A stretch of 39,584 bases of DNA, taken from contig DAHVNA010000017.1 of NCBI GenBank assembly GCA_027319565.1, positions 1 through 39,584 of the forward strand, read 5' to 3'. The first letter of the stretch is position 1, and each line of letters opens with the position of its first letter. Under the pieces are notes generated by a model. The model made no database searches. It saw only the letters and a list, made by a program, of their open reading frames with translations, and was not told the DNA's origin. A program made the translations under genes and the position numbers. This document shows, piece by piece, positions 1 through 9,932 of this stretch. This stretch comes from Elusimicrobiota bacterium (GTDB lineage: Bacteria > Elusimicrobiota > Elusimicrobia > UBA1565 > UBA9628).

Positions 1-832
1 TTTATTGAGTTTCCTGCATTTTTTGTGGCCTTCTTCTTCCGTTCGATACGCGATTCCTTTTTTGCCCTTTGTGTGGATATTTGTCATGGTCGGGCTCTTT
101 GTGGATTCCTCCGTTCAAACCCGGAATTTAGCCTTGATTTTAAGCGCAGTCGTTTTTATCCGTTGCGGGGCTATTGACCGGCTTTTTATCTCCATGAGAC
201 CAAGAAAAAATCCAATTGTCTTTTCCAATACTCTTCAATGGATTAAACTAAATACTCCAGCGTCCGCTCGGATTGCTACTTATGATGATGTTTTGCTTAT
301 GCTGATCGATCGGCGTTATGCCAGAACTGCGGTAGCTAAAAATCCGGATGAATGGATTTGCTTTCTTATAAATAAACACCTTGATTATGTTGAAACAGTT
401 CCTATTTTTTTTAGTGGATTTTCTTCTTCAGCTGACCTTCTCACCTATTCCAAGCAAGTTCAGTGGATGGAGAGTAGTCCCTATTTTAAAAATGTTTACA
501 GTAATTCTTATGAGGGAACGAAGGTATACCGCTTTTCCCATCCCCATCCAAAAATATTTTTGAGGGCCTACCAAGATTATCAAGAAGCGTCGATTGCGGT
601 TCAATTGGGATTTAAAAAGCGTAAAAAATTTATCCAAAAAGAACTTAAGGAAGCCGTTCAGCTTGAACCCAATTTGGCCTATGCCTGGGCGGCCTTGGGA
701 AGTATCGAGGCATCGCCCCAAAAGCGTCTCTATTATTTTGAGCGTGCGGCCAAGGCCGATCCCAGCTCGAATGAGATTGCGGAAGATCTAGCGAAAACTC
801 GCCAAGCCGCGCGGCAAAAGCCCGCGTCTTGA
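1..832 (+). CDS. Membrane protein with C-terminal TPR-like repeat, 5'-truncated by the window edge (possibly the C-terminus of a GT-C/ArnT-like glycosyltransferase)
   Basis: Open frame from the window edge. Hydrophobic helices with 'RYAIPFLPF' (typical GT-C late loop), then a periplasmic 'WIKLNTPASARI' segment and TPR-like 'AVQLEPNLAYAWAALG...YFERAAKADP'. Confidence 0.6.
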   Translation, partial: LLSFLHFLWPSSSVRYAIPFLPFVWIFVMVGLFVDSSVQTRNLALILSAVVFIRCGAIDRLFISMRPRKNPIVFSNTLQWIKLNTPASARIATYDDVLLMLIDRRYARTAVAKNPDEWICFLINKHLDYVETVPIFFSGFSSSADLLTYSKQVQWMESSPYFKNVYSNSYEGTKVYRFSHPHPKIFLRAYQDYQEASIAVQLGFKKRKKFIQKELKEAVQLEPNLAYAWAALGSIEASPQKRLYYFERAAKADPSSNEIAEDLAKTRQAARQKPAS

Positions 833-883
833 CTCATCTGATTTCATGAGGGTATCCGCCATGTCCTATAGCGCTTGCGGTGT

Positions 884-2137
884 TTAAGAAAAAAGCCGGC
901 GGGAAGGGGCGCTCCAGATATCCGGATCCGCTATTTTTCTTATACGATCTCCTCGGGAAATGACGATGCCGCCAAGCCAGCGTTCCTTAAAAACTTGGGC
1001 GATGCGCTTAAGAGCCGTTGCGTCGCTGAGCGCCACGGTCTCTCTATTTTTAATTTCAAGACCGATGACTCCTTTGCCTTCCACTTCAAGAATAACATCT
1101 ACCTCAAGGCCTCCACGGGTCCTGTAAAAATACATCTCCGCGTTTTTTTGCAAGGTCTTGAGCCATTTGGCGATTTCAGAGACGACCATATTCTCATACA
1201 AAGCCCCTGAGGTCTCTCCCCATATGCCGGTCATTTGTCTTAAGAGTCCGACATCAATCCAGTAGAGTTTTGGGGTCTTAACCAGGGATGTCGAGTGATT
1301 CGCGAAATAAGGCTGGAGCAAAAGGACTTGATAGGAGATCCGCAAGTATTCCAGATAGCGCTTGGCGGTGTCGACGCTGACGGCGGCGTCTCTGGCCAAC
1401 TCCGAGTAATTTAAGAGGTTGGATGCGCGCAAGGCCGAACGCTTCTGAAATTTTCGAAACGGATCCAAATCCGACAGTCGGGCCAAATCGGCCAGATCTC
1501 TTTCCAGGTAAGAATATTCATAGTCTTTAAGCCATTTACGCCTCTCTTCATCGGGAAGATGGAGAAGAGCGGGCATTCCGCCCCAACGCAACAAATAAGA
1601 TTCCGCCTCCTTCAGTTTTGCGTCTTCCTCGCCAAAGATTTGGGAGGTTTTCTCGAGAATTGGGCTGATTTTATTTCCGGATAGAATCTCGTCCAATAAG
1701 GGTTTCGGGGCGGTGTTTGGATCCGGAGAAAGAATTTCACTCATCATCAGCGGCCAAAGCTCGTAAATGGAAATGCGCCCGGCCAAGGATTCGCGGATTT
1801 TTTTAAGGAGAAGAATCTGGCTTGAACCTAAAAGAATGGAAAAGCCGACAGAATCAGCGTCATAAGCGTATTTTATTTTTTCAAAAAGAGACGGCTCTTT
1901 TTGAATTTCATCAAAGACTGCGCTTCCCGCATCCTTGTCCCATCTTGAGGCCGGAATATCCCGCAAGAAACTCCGGATTTCCAAAGAGTCCAGATTTAAA
2001 TAGCGCAGATGAGGATAGGTTTTCTTGGCCAGGCTCGTTTTTCCAGTTTGACGAGCTCCAATTAAGAGGAGGAGCTTCTTTCCGGAGCTATGAGCCGGTA
2101 TAATCCCAGATAAAACCCTATATTTATCGCTTGGAAT
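884..2137 (-). CDS. AAA_14/DUF4143 ATP-binding protein (start uncertain)
   Basis: ORF-track protein has Walker B 'VFDEIQK', 'GGMP', 'KTPKLYWIDVGL' and 'FYRTRGGLEVD...EIK'. The frame stays open upstream of 1984 and encodes Walker A 'GARQTGKT'. 2137 is an in-frame ATT, and an in-frame TAA lies at 2155-2153. Confidence 0.8.
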   Translation of the reverse strand: MPSDKYRVLSGIIPAHSSGKKLLLLIGARQTGKTSLAKKTYPHLRYLNLDSLEIRSFLRDIPASRWDKDAGSAVFDEIQKEPSLFEKIKYAYDADSVGFSILLGSSQILLLKKIRESLAGRISIYELWPLMMSEILSPDPNTAPKPLLDEILSGNKISPILEKTSQIFGEEDAKLKEAESYLLRWGGMPALLHLPDEERRKWLKDYEYSYLERDLADLARLSDLDPFRKFQKRSALRASNLLNYSELARDAAVSVDTAKRYLEYLRISYQVLLLQPYFANHSTSLVKTPKLYWIDVGLLRQMTGIWGETSGALYENMVVSEIAKWLKTLQKNAEMYFYRTRGGLEVDVILEVEGKGVIGLEIKNRETVALSDATALKRIAQVFKERWLGGIVISRGDRIRKIADPDIWSAPSRRLFS

Positions 2138-2216
2138 CGTAAAATTTACAGCTTATTTTACTATATAAGTCATATTATTTCATAAACGCATCCAGAAAAT
2201 TGCTGGGGAAGTAATT

Positions 2217-2810
2217 CTATCGCGGGCGAGTGAAGCATTTCCGGCAGCGGGCCTCGTATTTATCCAAGGCGCCGACTTCGATGAGTTTTTTGGAAACGCT
2301 GGTTCTCTGGGTGCGATTAGCGAAATTTCCGCAGACGGAGCAGATGGCGAGATTTTTGGTCACAAATTCGGAGAGGGCCATCAATTGAGCGGTGACTGGA
2401 AAGGGCTCGCCCCTAAAATCCTGATCGAGACCGGCGATGATCACTCGAAGGCCTTTGTCGGCCAAGGCTTCGCAAACGTGCACGATTCTCTCGTCAAAAA
2501 ACTGGACCTCGTCGATGCCGATGACTTGCGTATCGGCTTTGACGAGCTTGAGAATCTCGCCAGATTTTTTGGCGGCAATGCACGGGGTTGAGTGTTTGTC
2601 ATGGCTGACGATATGATCTTTCGCGTAGCGATCGTCTAACACCGAGCTAAAGACTTGCACCTTTTGTTTGGCGATAGCGGCCAGGCGCAGGCGGCGAATA
2701 AGTTCCTGAGTTTTGCCGGAGAACATGCTTCCCACGATCATCTCAATCCAACCGCAGGGGCGTCCCACGATGGCGGTAATACTTGTCGGTGCGCCTCCAG
2801 CTTGAATCAT
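2217..2810 (-). CDS. tdk: Thymidine kinase
   Basis: 'GSMFSGKT', 'IGIDEVQFF', 'AGLDQDFRGEPF', zinc Cys pairs CSVC/CRKC. ATG at 2810 overlaps the rfbB stop (ATGA). Confidence 0.95.
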   Translation of the reverse strand: MIQAGGAPTSITAIVGRPCGWIEMIVGSMFSGKTQELIRRLRLAAIAKQKVQVFSSVLDDRYAKDHIVSHDKHSTPCIAAKKSGEILKLVKADTQVIGIDEVQFFDERIVHVCEALADKGLRVIIAGLDQDFRGEPFPVTAQLMALSEFVTKNLAICSVCGNFANRTQRTSVSKKLIEVGALDKYEARCRKCFTRPR

Positions 2811-3835
2811 GAGGGAAGGGATAAGGAGACGGATTTTTTTAAGTATTGCTTCTGATAATAATCCCTGTAGCCTCCCGACTCTTTTAATGGTTTCCACCAA
2901 GACGGGCAGGTTTTGTACCAGTCAATGGTTTCTTTAAGCGCTTTTTCAAAAGGATATTGAAATTTAAATCCCAGCTTTCGCAACTTTGAGTCGTTCAGGG
3001 CGTAGCGGCGATCATGCCCAGGGCGATCGGGAACGGAAGCGACGAGAGAGGGAGAAATTTCCATCATCTTTCGCACGTAAGAGACCAGTTCCTTGTTTTT
3101 GAGAGAGGTGTCTCCGCCGATATTGTAAATCTCGCCTGGAACGCCCTTCCTTAGCACATAGGCGATGGCGGCGACATGGTCTTTGACATAAAGCCAATCG
3201 CGGACGTTCAATCCGTCGCCGTAAAGCGGGTAGGATTTGTTTTCCAGGAAATTGGTAATCATGAGCGGCATGGCTTTTTCCGGGTATTGATAGGGGCCGA
3301 AATTATTCGAGGCCCGGGTGATAATGACCGGCAGCCCATGGGTCATAAAGGCCGCTCGGGCCAGATGATCGGAGGCGGCCTTGGATGCGGCGTAGGGGCT
3401 ATTGGGAAAAAGCGGATCCTTTTCAGTCGAGCGGCGGCGGCCCGGAATTGAGCCGTAGACCTCATCGGTCGATACATGGATAAAACGTTTTACTTTTTCC
3501 GCGCGGGCGGCATCTAATAGAACCTGGGTTCCAAAGACATTGGTTTTTAAAAAAGGTCCCGGGTCTAAAATAGAGCGGTCTACATGGCTTTCCGCCGCGA
3601 AATGAACGACGGCTTCGCATCCCGCCATCGCTTGCCCTACAATGGCGGGTTCGCTGATATCTCCGCGGACCCAAAAATAGCGTTTGTCTCCGGAGAGGTC
3701 TTTGAGATTTTCCGGGTTTCCGGCGTAGGTCTGAAGATCGAGATTGACGACATGAGTTTCCGGGCTGTTTTTAAGCGTGTAGCGGATAAAGTTTGACCCG
3801 ATAAAACCCAATCCGCCGGTGACCAGTATCTTCAT
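2807..3835 (-). CDS. rfbB: dTDP-glucose 4,6-dehydratase
   Basis: 'ILVTGGLGFIGSNF', 'TYAGN', 'HFAAESHVDRSI', 'STDEVYG', 'SPYAASKA', 'NNFGPYQYPEK', 'DRPGHDRRYA'. Start taken at MKIL (3835). Confidence 0.95.
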   Translation of the reverse strand: MKILVTGGLGFIGSNFIRYTLKNSPETHVVNLDLQTYAGNPENLKDLSGDKRYFWVRGDISEPAIVGQAMAGCEAVVHFAAESHVDRSILDPGPFLKTNVFGTQVLLDAARAEKVKRFIHVSTDEVYGSIPGRRRSTEKDPLFPNSPYAASKAASDHLARAAFMTHGLPVIITRASNNFGPYQYPEKAMPLMITNFLENKSYPLYGDGLNVRDWLYVKDHVAAIAYVLRKGVPGEIYNIGGDTSLKNKELVSYVRKMMEISPSLVASVPDRPGHDRRYALNDSKLRKLGFKFQYPFEKALKETIDWYKTCPSWWKPLKESGGYRDYYQKQYLKKSVSLSLPS

Positions 3836-3837
3836 TT

Positions 3838-4785
3838 TTAGGCGAAATAATTTTTGACGAAATAATTCCACGTGTCTTTAAGCCCCTCTTCAAAATTCAT
3901 CTTGGGCTTATATTTTAAGATGCGCTTGGCTTTTGAAATATCCGCTTGGGTTTTGCGGACATCCCCTTGCCTTTTGGGCAGATGTTTGATGGCGAGCTTT
4001 CTGCCGACAATTTTTTCGATGACATGAATTAAATCAAGCAGGGAATAGCTGTCGCCATTGGCTATATTAAACACTTCTCCAGAGCCTTGTTTGGAGAAGG
4101 CCGCAAGGAGATTGGCTTGAACCACGTTTTCGATATGGGTAAAATCGCGGCTCTGCTTTCCGTCCCAATGGACTTCGAGAGGCTTTTTCTGCCAGGCCAG
4201 TTCCATAAATTTGGGGACGACCACGGAATATTGAGACTCCGGGTCTTGGCGGGGGCCGAATACATTAAAATAACGCAAGCTCACCGTCTCAAGTCCATAT
4301 GTTTTAGAAAAGAGAACGCAATAATGCTCGCCGGCAAGTTTGGATGCGGCATATGGAGACACCGGTTCGGGCTTATACTCCTCTTTTTGTGGAAATTTTT
4401 TGCAGTCGCCGTAAGCCGAGGAAGTCGAGGCGTAGACCAGGCGCTTGACCTTGGCGTCTTTGGCGGCGACTAATAAGTTGAGCGTTCCCGTCGCGTTGTT
4501 TTCGTGCGCGTCAAAAGGCCGGTCCACCGATTTTGGCACCGAGCGCATCGCCGCCTGATGGAAAATAAAATCGACACCTTTGACTGCCTTGCGGCAATCA
4601 TCCAAGGAACGGATATCTCCCTTGATGAAATCAATGGAATTTTTAAAAGCCTCCATATGAGAAAGTTTTCCGGCCGACAGATTGTCGATAATGCGGACTT
4701 TTTTCCCTTGCTTGACTAGCGTTTCCGCAATATGAGAGCCGATAAACCCGGCCCCTCCCGTGATGAGACAGAGTTCTTTGGCCAT
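3838..4785 (-). CDS. NAD-dependent nucleotide-sugar epimerase (UDP-GlcNAc/UDP-Glc 4-epimerase, WbpP-like SDR)
   Basis: 'ITGGAGFIGSH', 'HQAAMRSVPKSV', 'SPYAASK', 'LRYFNVFGPRQDP', 'DGKQSRDF'. Confidence 0.9.
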   Translation of the reverse strand: MAKELCLITGGAGFIGSHIAETLVKQGKKVRIIDNLSAGKLSHMEAFKNSIDFIKGDIRSLDDCRKAVKGVDFIFHQAAMRSVPKSVDRPFDAHENNATGTLNLLVAAKDAKVKRLVYASTSSAYGDCKKFPQKEEYKPEPVSPYAASKLAGEHYCVLFSKTYGLETVSLRYFNVFGPRQDPESQYSVVVPKFMELAWQKKPLEVHWDGKQSRDFTHIENVVQANLLAAFSKQGSGEVFNIANGDSYSLLDLIHVIEKIVGRKLAIKHLPKRQGDVRKTQADISKAKRILKYKPKMNFEEGLKDTWNYFVKNYFA

Positions 4786-4808
4786 GGGTTTACTCTCCTT
4801 TAAAATTC

Positions 4809-5357
4809 CTATTTCGTGGCGGAAGATCCCGCGCTTGGAGTTTTCTTTTTAGCGGGCATGAAATATCCGTCAAGACCGGCGACGATATAGCGAGTCATCA
4901 TATCCCAAATGACTCCCTGGGCCTGTTGCTCGGTCATGCCTCCGGGCATGTTAAAGGCTGCATAGGGCTCGATTCCTTGGAGATTGTTATTGCTCCAGAG
5001 GACTTTTCCGGTTTTGGGGTCTTTTAAAACCGCATGGGCGGTAATGGTCAATTGGTAAGCGGTTGGAACCAAATTCGCGCCGGTTTGGGTGGGAATCAAT
5101 AGATAGGTTTCAAGAGTAATCGTCAGAATTCCTTGACATTGAGAGCGGGTCCCAATTTTATAGCCTTCGTCGAGCAATTGGTTTTGCATCGCTGTCTGAA
5201 GCGCGTCTTCGAGCCCAAACTGTTGGGTTTTGTTGCGAACCGTGTCGATAAAAACCGAGTGTCCATTGGGCGGCTTGGGCTTATGGAATAGACACAAACA
5301 TCCCGAAAAAGAAAGCGCGGAAATTAAAGCAAGAGAGAGAGAGACGGTTTTTTTCAT
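4809..5357 (-). CDS. lptE: LPS assembly lipoprotein LptE family
   Basis: Lipobox 'FSGC'; 'SVFIDTVRNKTQQFGLEDAL' and 'DPKTGKVLWS' match the LptE pattern. Confidence 0.75.
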   Translation of the reverse strand: MKKTVSLSLALISALSFSGCLCLFHKPKPPNGHSVFIDTVRNKTQQFGLEDALQTAMQNQLLDEGYKIGTRSQCQGILTITLETYLLIPTQTGANLVPTAYQLTITAHAVLKDPKTGKVLWSNNNLQGIEPYAAFNMPGGMTEQQAQGVIWDMMTRYIVAGLDGYFMPAKKKTPSAGSSATK

Positions 5358-5400
5358 AACGAGTTATTATACAACATGAAGATAATGATAGACTGAAATC

Positions 5401-7473
5401 GTGAAAGCCAAGATTAAAGACATCATTTCTGTTTTGCTCGTCTTAATTTCTTGCGCTCTTCTTTTTCTTTATGAGCGCCAAACCAAGGTTTTTTTGACCG
5501 GAGCGGAGTGGCTTCATTCGTTTTCCTTGGCTCCGGTGAGCGGGCCTTTTTCACTCCGTTCGTTTTTGGGCGTCTTCATGACGAGTTTGTCTTCAACTCT
5601 CGTTTGTCTATCCTGGGTTTTTGTGGCGCTTTTTTTGGGGCTTGCGGTTTTAAAACGAATTCAAGTTTTCCCCTCACTTGAAGCGAGAAATTTATTAATG
5701 GCTTTAGGGCTTGGCCTGGGGCTTTTGTCTTTTTCCGTTTTTATTTTGGGAGTTTTTCATCTTCTTTATCCCATCTCCGCCTTGGTCTTGGCTTTGAGCG
5801 CCTTGGCGATCAGTTTCTTGGAACTTCGGAAAGCGCCCCTAGGACCGCCCTTTCGTTTGAGTCCTGAATGCCGCGAAACTTTTCAAGAGCCCGCCGCTTT
5901 TCTCATATTGATTTTTTGCGCGTTGGTTTTGGCTTTTCATTTCTTGGGCGCGCTATTGCCACCGACCTCTTTTGACGAGATGGATTACCAGCTGGCGTTG
6001 CCGAAACTCTATATTCTTCATCACGCTTTAATCAACACCCCGTTTAATCATCTGTCTTACCTCCCTAAAAACATCACGCTTCTTTTTACATTGGGGCTTT
6101 TGTCCGGCGGCCCGATTGTGTCGACGCTTTTCTCCTTGACCCTTGGAATTTTGTGCGTGTTGGCTGTCTATTTTTTTAGCCGGGATAAAATGGGCTCAAA
6201 CGCGGCTTTTTGGAGTTCTGTTTTCTTTTTCCTGATTCCGGTCATCGGCAATCAGATGAGAAACGCGGTGGCCGATTTGGGAACCGGGTTTTATGAACTC
6301 ATCGGAGTTTTTTTAATCCTTGAATGGGCTGAACAAAAAGAAAAGCGGATGCTTTTTTTAAGCGCCATTTTTTGGGGGCTTGCCTTAAGCTCAAAATATA
6401 CCGCCTTGCCGGGCTTTATCATTGCCTGCGCGTTTCTCCTGTTTTATTCCTTAAAAAGAGAAAAAGGTTTCATTTCGGCCCCGCTTATTTTTTTAAGCGT
6501 GGCTTTATTGCTATTTCTTCCCACCATGGCTTGGAATTTTTTCTGGACCGGAAATCCGCTGACCCCGCTTTTGAGCCGCTGGATCCATAGCCGTAATTTC
6601 TTTTATCTGGGTCGGTATAAACCGCTCGTCGATTATGCCGCTGGGCGCGGAATTCCGGATTATTTCCCGATTAAAAATTTTGGAGATGTTGTTAAACTTC
6701 CCTGGCGCTTGTGCGTGCGGCACAATGATTACAATCACGATCTGGGGGCGGCATTTCTAGCGGCGGCTCCCTTATCTATTTTAAGCCTCAAGAAAAAAAT
6801 ATCTCCCTGGATGACTCGCCTTTCTTTCTTTGTCATTTCTTATTGGTTTTTCTGGATGCTGATTCCCATTCATATGACGCGCTATTTTGTCGCGGGTTTA
6901 GCTTTGACGAGTTTGATGTTCGGGTGGTGGGTGTCGGAGACGTTTAAAATGGGAAGAGTGCGGTATCTCCTTGTGCTTCCGCTCATCTTTGCTTTCATCC
7001 AACAAGGAATGCGGATGATTGATATCCAAAATACCCGCAAGCGCCCATGGGGATACTTGAGTGGACGCGCTTCCCAGGATGATTACATTGACGCGATATT
7101 AAACGATTCTCCATATGACGCTGAGATCTATGCCAACCGTCATATCCCCAAAGATTCGACGATCCTGGTCTTTGACGAATTTAGAACTTTTTATCTTGAT
7201 CGAAAATTTATCGCCGCGACCCCATGGGATCACGAGCTTTGGCATGAAGTCATCGCCCAAAGTCGAAATGGACGGGAAATCTCCCAGCGCTTACATCGGC
7301 TTGGAATTACCCATTTTCTCGCCAATGACACCTATCTGCGGGGAAATTCCGGATTTTCTTGGGCGGATCCGTGGAGCCCGCAAGAACGCTTGAGGGCCGC
7401 GCGTTTTATCGCAAAGCGGATGAAGCGCATCTACACCGACGGAAACGAGGTTTGGATCGCCCAAATTAAGTAA
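5401..7473 (+). CDS. Polytopic GT-C fold glycosyltransferase-like membrane protein (ArnT/PMT-like)
   Basis: More than 12 hydrophobic segments; 'FDEMDYQLALPK', 'GLALSSKYT', 'WTGNPL', 'TRYF'; C-terminal periplasmic domain. Confidence 0.75.
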   Translation: MKAKIKDIISVLLVLISCALLFLYERQTKVFLTGAEWLHSFSLAPVSGPFSLRSFLGVFMTSLSSTLVCLSWVFVALFLGLAVLKRIQVFPSLEARNLLMALGLGLGLLSFSVFILGVFHLLYPISALVLALSALAISFLELRKAPLGPPFRLSPECRETFQEPAAFLILIFCALVLAFHFLGALLPPTSFDEMDYQLALPKLYILHHALINTPFNHLSYLPKNITLLFTLGLLSGGPIVSTLFSLTLGILCVLAVYFFSRDKMGSNAAFWSSVFFFLIPVIGNQMRNAVADLGTGFYELIGVFLILEWAEQKEKRMLFLSAIFWGLALSSKYTALPGFIIACAFLLFYSLKREKGFISAPLIFLSVALLLFLPTMAWNFFWTGNPLTPLLSRWIHSRNFFYLGRYKPLVDYAAGRGIPDYFPIKNFGDVVKLPWRLCVRHNDYNHDLGAAFLAAAPLSILSLKKKISPWMTRLSFFVISYWFFWMLIPIHMTRYFVAGLALTSLMFGWWVSETFKMGRVRYLLVLPLIFAFIQQGMRMIDIQNTRKRPWGYLSGRASQDDYIDAILNDSPYDAEIYANRHIPKDSTILVFDEFRTFYLDRKFIAATPWDHELWHEVIAQSRNGREISQRLHRLGITHFLANDTYLRGNSGFSWADPWSPQERLRAARFIAKRMKRIYTDGNEVWIAQIK

Positions 7474-7496
7474 ACTAAGGCTTAGAGGCGCAAACC

Positions 7497-7874
7497 GTGG
7501 CAAAGATATTGGTCGTTGATGACGATTTTGAAATCGTTAGCGTGGTCAGAGATGTCTTGAGCAGAGACGGTCACGAGGTTCAAACCGCTTCTGATGCCGC
7601 CGAAGGAATGAAAAAAGCGCGGGAGATGGTTCCCGATCTGATTATTCTGGATTTCCATATGCCGGGGGCAAACGGAGCCCATCTTTTCGAAAATCTCAGA
7701 AGAAACGCCTCGAGCTCAAAAACTCCCGTGATCTTCATGAGCGGACAAGCTTCCAAAGAAGATATCTTTTCCGAGACTTGCGAGTCCGGAGATTGCTGTT
7801 TCTTGGCCAAGCCAGTCGATATCAAAGAACTGAGACGCGTGATCGATGCGATGTTGGGAGCCAAAGGTGTCTAA
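7497..7874 (+). CDS. Single-domain response regulator (receiver)
   Basis: 'KILVVDDD', 'PDLIILDFHMPG', 'IFMSG', 'LAKP'. Confidence 0.93.
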   Translation: MAKILVVDDDFEIVSVVRDVLSRDGHEVQTASDAAEGMKKAREMVPDLIILDFHMPGANGAHLFENLRRNASSSKTPVIFMSGQASKEDIFSETCESGDCCFLAKPVDIKELRRVIDAMLGAKGV

Positions 7875-8475
7875 TCTGGTTTTGGTTCGGCATGGGCAAT
7901 CCTTGTGGAACTTGGAAAACCGTTTTACCGGTTGGGTGGATATTGAGCTAAGCGACAAGGGCAGAGAAGAAGCCCAAAAAGCGGGGAGACGTCTTGCGGG
8001 ATTTGGTTTTCAGATGGCGTTTACATCCGCTCTTAAGCGCGCTCAACAGACCTTGGATATTATTTTAAAGGAAATTCATCAAACCGAAATTCCCATATTC
8101 AAGGATCAGGCCCTCAATGAAAGGCATTACGGCGATTTGCAGGGCCTAAACAAGGCGGAGACCGCAAAAAAATACGGAGACAATCAGGTTCGCCTGTGGC
8201 GAAGGTCTTATGACGTTGAGCCTCCCCATGGGGAGAGTCTGAAAGACACCGCCGCCCGGGTTTTGCCCTATTTCCGCTCTAAAATCATGCCCGAAATCCA
8301 AAAGGGGAAAGATATTTTGGTCGTCGCTCATGGAAATAGTTTGCGTTCGGTCATTATGTCTTTGGAAAATTTGTCTCCGGATCAAATTGTGTCTGTCGAG
8401 ATTCCTACCGGGCAACCTTGGGTCTATGAAATGGATCCCGCAGGGAAAATTCTGTCTAAAGAAATTAGCGCCTAA
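7867..8475 (+). CDS. gpmA: 2,3-bisphosphoglycerate-dependent phosphoglycerate mutase
   Basis: 'LVRHGQSLWN', 'FTGWVD', 'NERHYGDLQGLNK', 'WRRSYD', 'AHGNSLR'. GTG start at 7867. Confidence 0.95.
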   Translation: MSNLVLVRHGQSLWNLENRFTGWVDIELSDKGREEAQKAGRRLAGFGFQMAFTSALKRAQQTLDIILKEIHQTEIPIFKDQALNERHYGDLQGLNKAETAKKYGDNQVRLWRRSYDVEPPHGESLKDTAARVLPYFRSKIMPEIQKGKDILVVAHGNSLRSVIMSLENLSPDQIVSVEIPTGQPWVYEMDPAGKILSKEISA

Positions 8476-9398
8476 GAATTAACGGTTTTGGCGACTGCGG
8501 CGGGATTGTCCCAAATTGCGTTTTTAAATCGCCGATGGACCCATAACCACTGAGCTGGATTTTTCCGAATCCAACCTTCCACTCTTAAGGATAAGGCTTG
8601 GGTAAATTCCTTGGAATCTTCCGGAATCTCCTCGGGATTGATGGCCGGTTCAAAAATGACGTGAATGATTCCCTTCTCGTCCCGGGTTTGAGAAACCGGG
8701 ACAATCGGGGCTTGGGCTCGTTTGGAGAAAAGCCCTAAAACTCCAAGAGTGTGAACCTGGGCGGTGAAAAATTGAACGTAGATTCCGGCCGGCGGGGCGA
8801 TGTATTGATCCAAAACAAAGCCGATTGATTTTTGATTGTGAAGGCCTTTTAAGACCGCGCTCAGTCTCTGTTCCTTGTAGGCCGAACCGCATCCCGCCAA
8901 AGCTCTTAAAGAAGTGATTTTTTTATTTAGCCAGGCGGGCTTCAGTTGTCGGGTGATGATGGTGACGGGAACGCCTTTTAATGCCGCGATGATCGACATA
9001 ATCTCCCAGTTGGCTAAATGGGCCGAGACAAAAAGGACTCCTTTTCCGCGTTTGTGGGCTTTTTGCCAATTTTCAAGCCCCTCAACCGCGGCAATTTTCT
9101 GGACGTAGGATAGGTAGTGTCCCGGAATGGGAGAAAACATATGCAAAAGCTCAAAAGCCAAAATCCCGTAATGCTCAAAGTTTTCTTTAAGTAGTCGTTG
9201 CCTGTCAGAGGCCGATATCTCTGGCATACAGAGACTGATATTTTCCCAGGCGATGCGTTTGCGCGTGCCGCCTATCCAAAGGAGAAAATGCCCGAGCGCT
9301 TTTCCTAACTTAATTTCCAAAGAGCGCGGCAAAAAAGAAACTAGCGTTCCCGTCAATGTCAGGATGATCCAAAGAAATAGTGAAAGAATGGGGTTCAT
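8472..9398 (-). CDS. lpxL: Lipid A late acyltransferase (LpxL/HtrB family)
   Basis: 'SAHLANWE', 'LDQ' and C-terminal 'IRKNPAQWLWVHRRFK'. Confidence 0.88.
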   Translation of the reverse strand: MNPILSLFLWIILTLTGTLVSFLPRSLEIKLGKALGHFLLWIGGTRKRIAWENISLCMPEISASDRQRLLKENFEHYGILAFELLHMFSPIPGHYLSYVQKIAAVEGLENWQKAHKRGKGVLFVSAHLANWEIMSIIAALKGVPVTIITRQLKPAWLNKKITSLRALAGCGSAYKEQRLSAVLKGLHNQKSIGFVLDQYIAPPAGIYVQFFTAQVHTLGVLGLFSKRAQAPIVPVSQTRDEKGIIHVIFEPAINPEEIPEDSKEFTQALSLRVEGWIRKNPAQWLWVHRRFKNAIWDNPAAVAKTVNS

Positions 9399-9428
9399 GA
9401 GCGTTAAGAAATTCTATAAAATACGGGT

Positions 9429-9818
9429 ATGGGATTTTCCTCTCCATCCCGGCGTGGGCATCAGAGATTTTCTTGCTCGATTCCGGTCATGGTCTACAAA
9501 TCCATGCTGCGCCCGCGTTTGGGAGAGGCGACGATTCTCGACTTGGGGATGGGGGGCGCGCGGATATCTTCCCCCGTCATTCTTCAGGTTCGGGAAAATT
9601 ATCAGCTTAAATTCGCCTACCGCGATCGGAAACTTAGTTTCGATTTTCAAGTCGTTTGGAAAAAAGAAGGAAATTCCAAAGGCGCAAATTTTTACGGCCT
9701 TACTTTTCTGTTGAGTCCGCGCAAGGAAGAGGCGCTTAAAGCCTTGGTCGATTGTCTGCGCACGGAAGAGAAATCTCCGGGCTCGGGGATGGATTTAAAG
9801 AATTACTGGAATTCCTAA
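9429..9818 (+). CDS. PilZ domain protein (c-di-GMP receptor)
   Basis: RxxxR motif 'RRGHQR', DxxxxG motif 'DLGMGGA', 'VVW', 'YGLTF'. Confidence 0.85.
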   Translation: MGFSSPSRRGHQRFSCSIPVMVYKSMLRPRLGEATILDLGMGGARISSPVILQVRENYQLKFAYRDRKLSFDFQVVWKKEGNSKGANFYGLTFLLSPRKEEALKALVDCLRTEEKSPGSGMDLKNYWNS

Positions 9819-9833
9819 ATCCCTTTAAAATCC

Positions 9834-9895
9834 ATCACTCCGATGAAAGTCGGGGTCCAAGTATATCCCTAGATTCCGGCTTTCGCCGGAATGAC
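9834..9895. repeat. 62-bp REP-like palindromic element, copy 1
   Basis: ATCACTCCGAT-GAAA-GTCGGGGTCCA...TAGATTCCGGC-TTTC-GCCGGAATGAC: two inverted GAAA hairpins. Same length and architecture as 36764-36825. Lies between convergent genes. Confidence 0.85.
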
Positions 9896-9932
9896 GAAAA
9901 TGCAAATGTAAAGAAACGGTTGTATCCCTATT

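Noticed and set aside
2810..2900. ORF-track N-terminal extensions (tdk 2900; likewise rfbB 3871, cytochrome 10827, permease 23336, gpmA 7846, MBL 14051)
   Set aside because: They overlap upstream genes. Downstream starts with stop/start coupling or an SD fit the family N-termini better.
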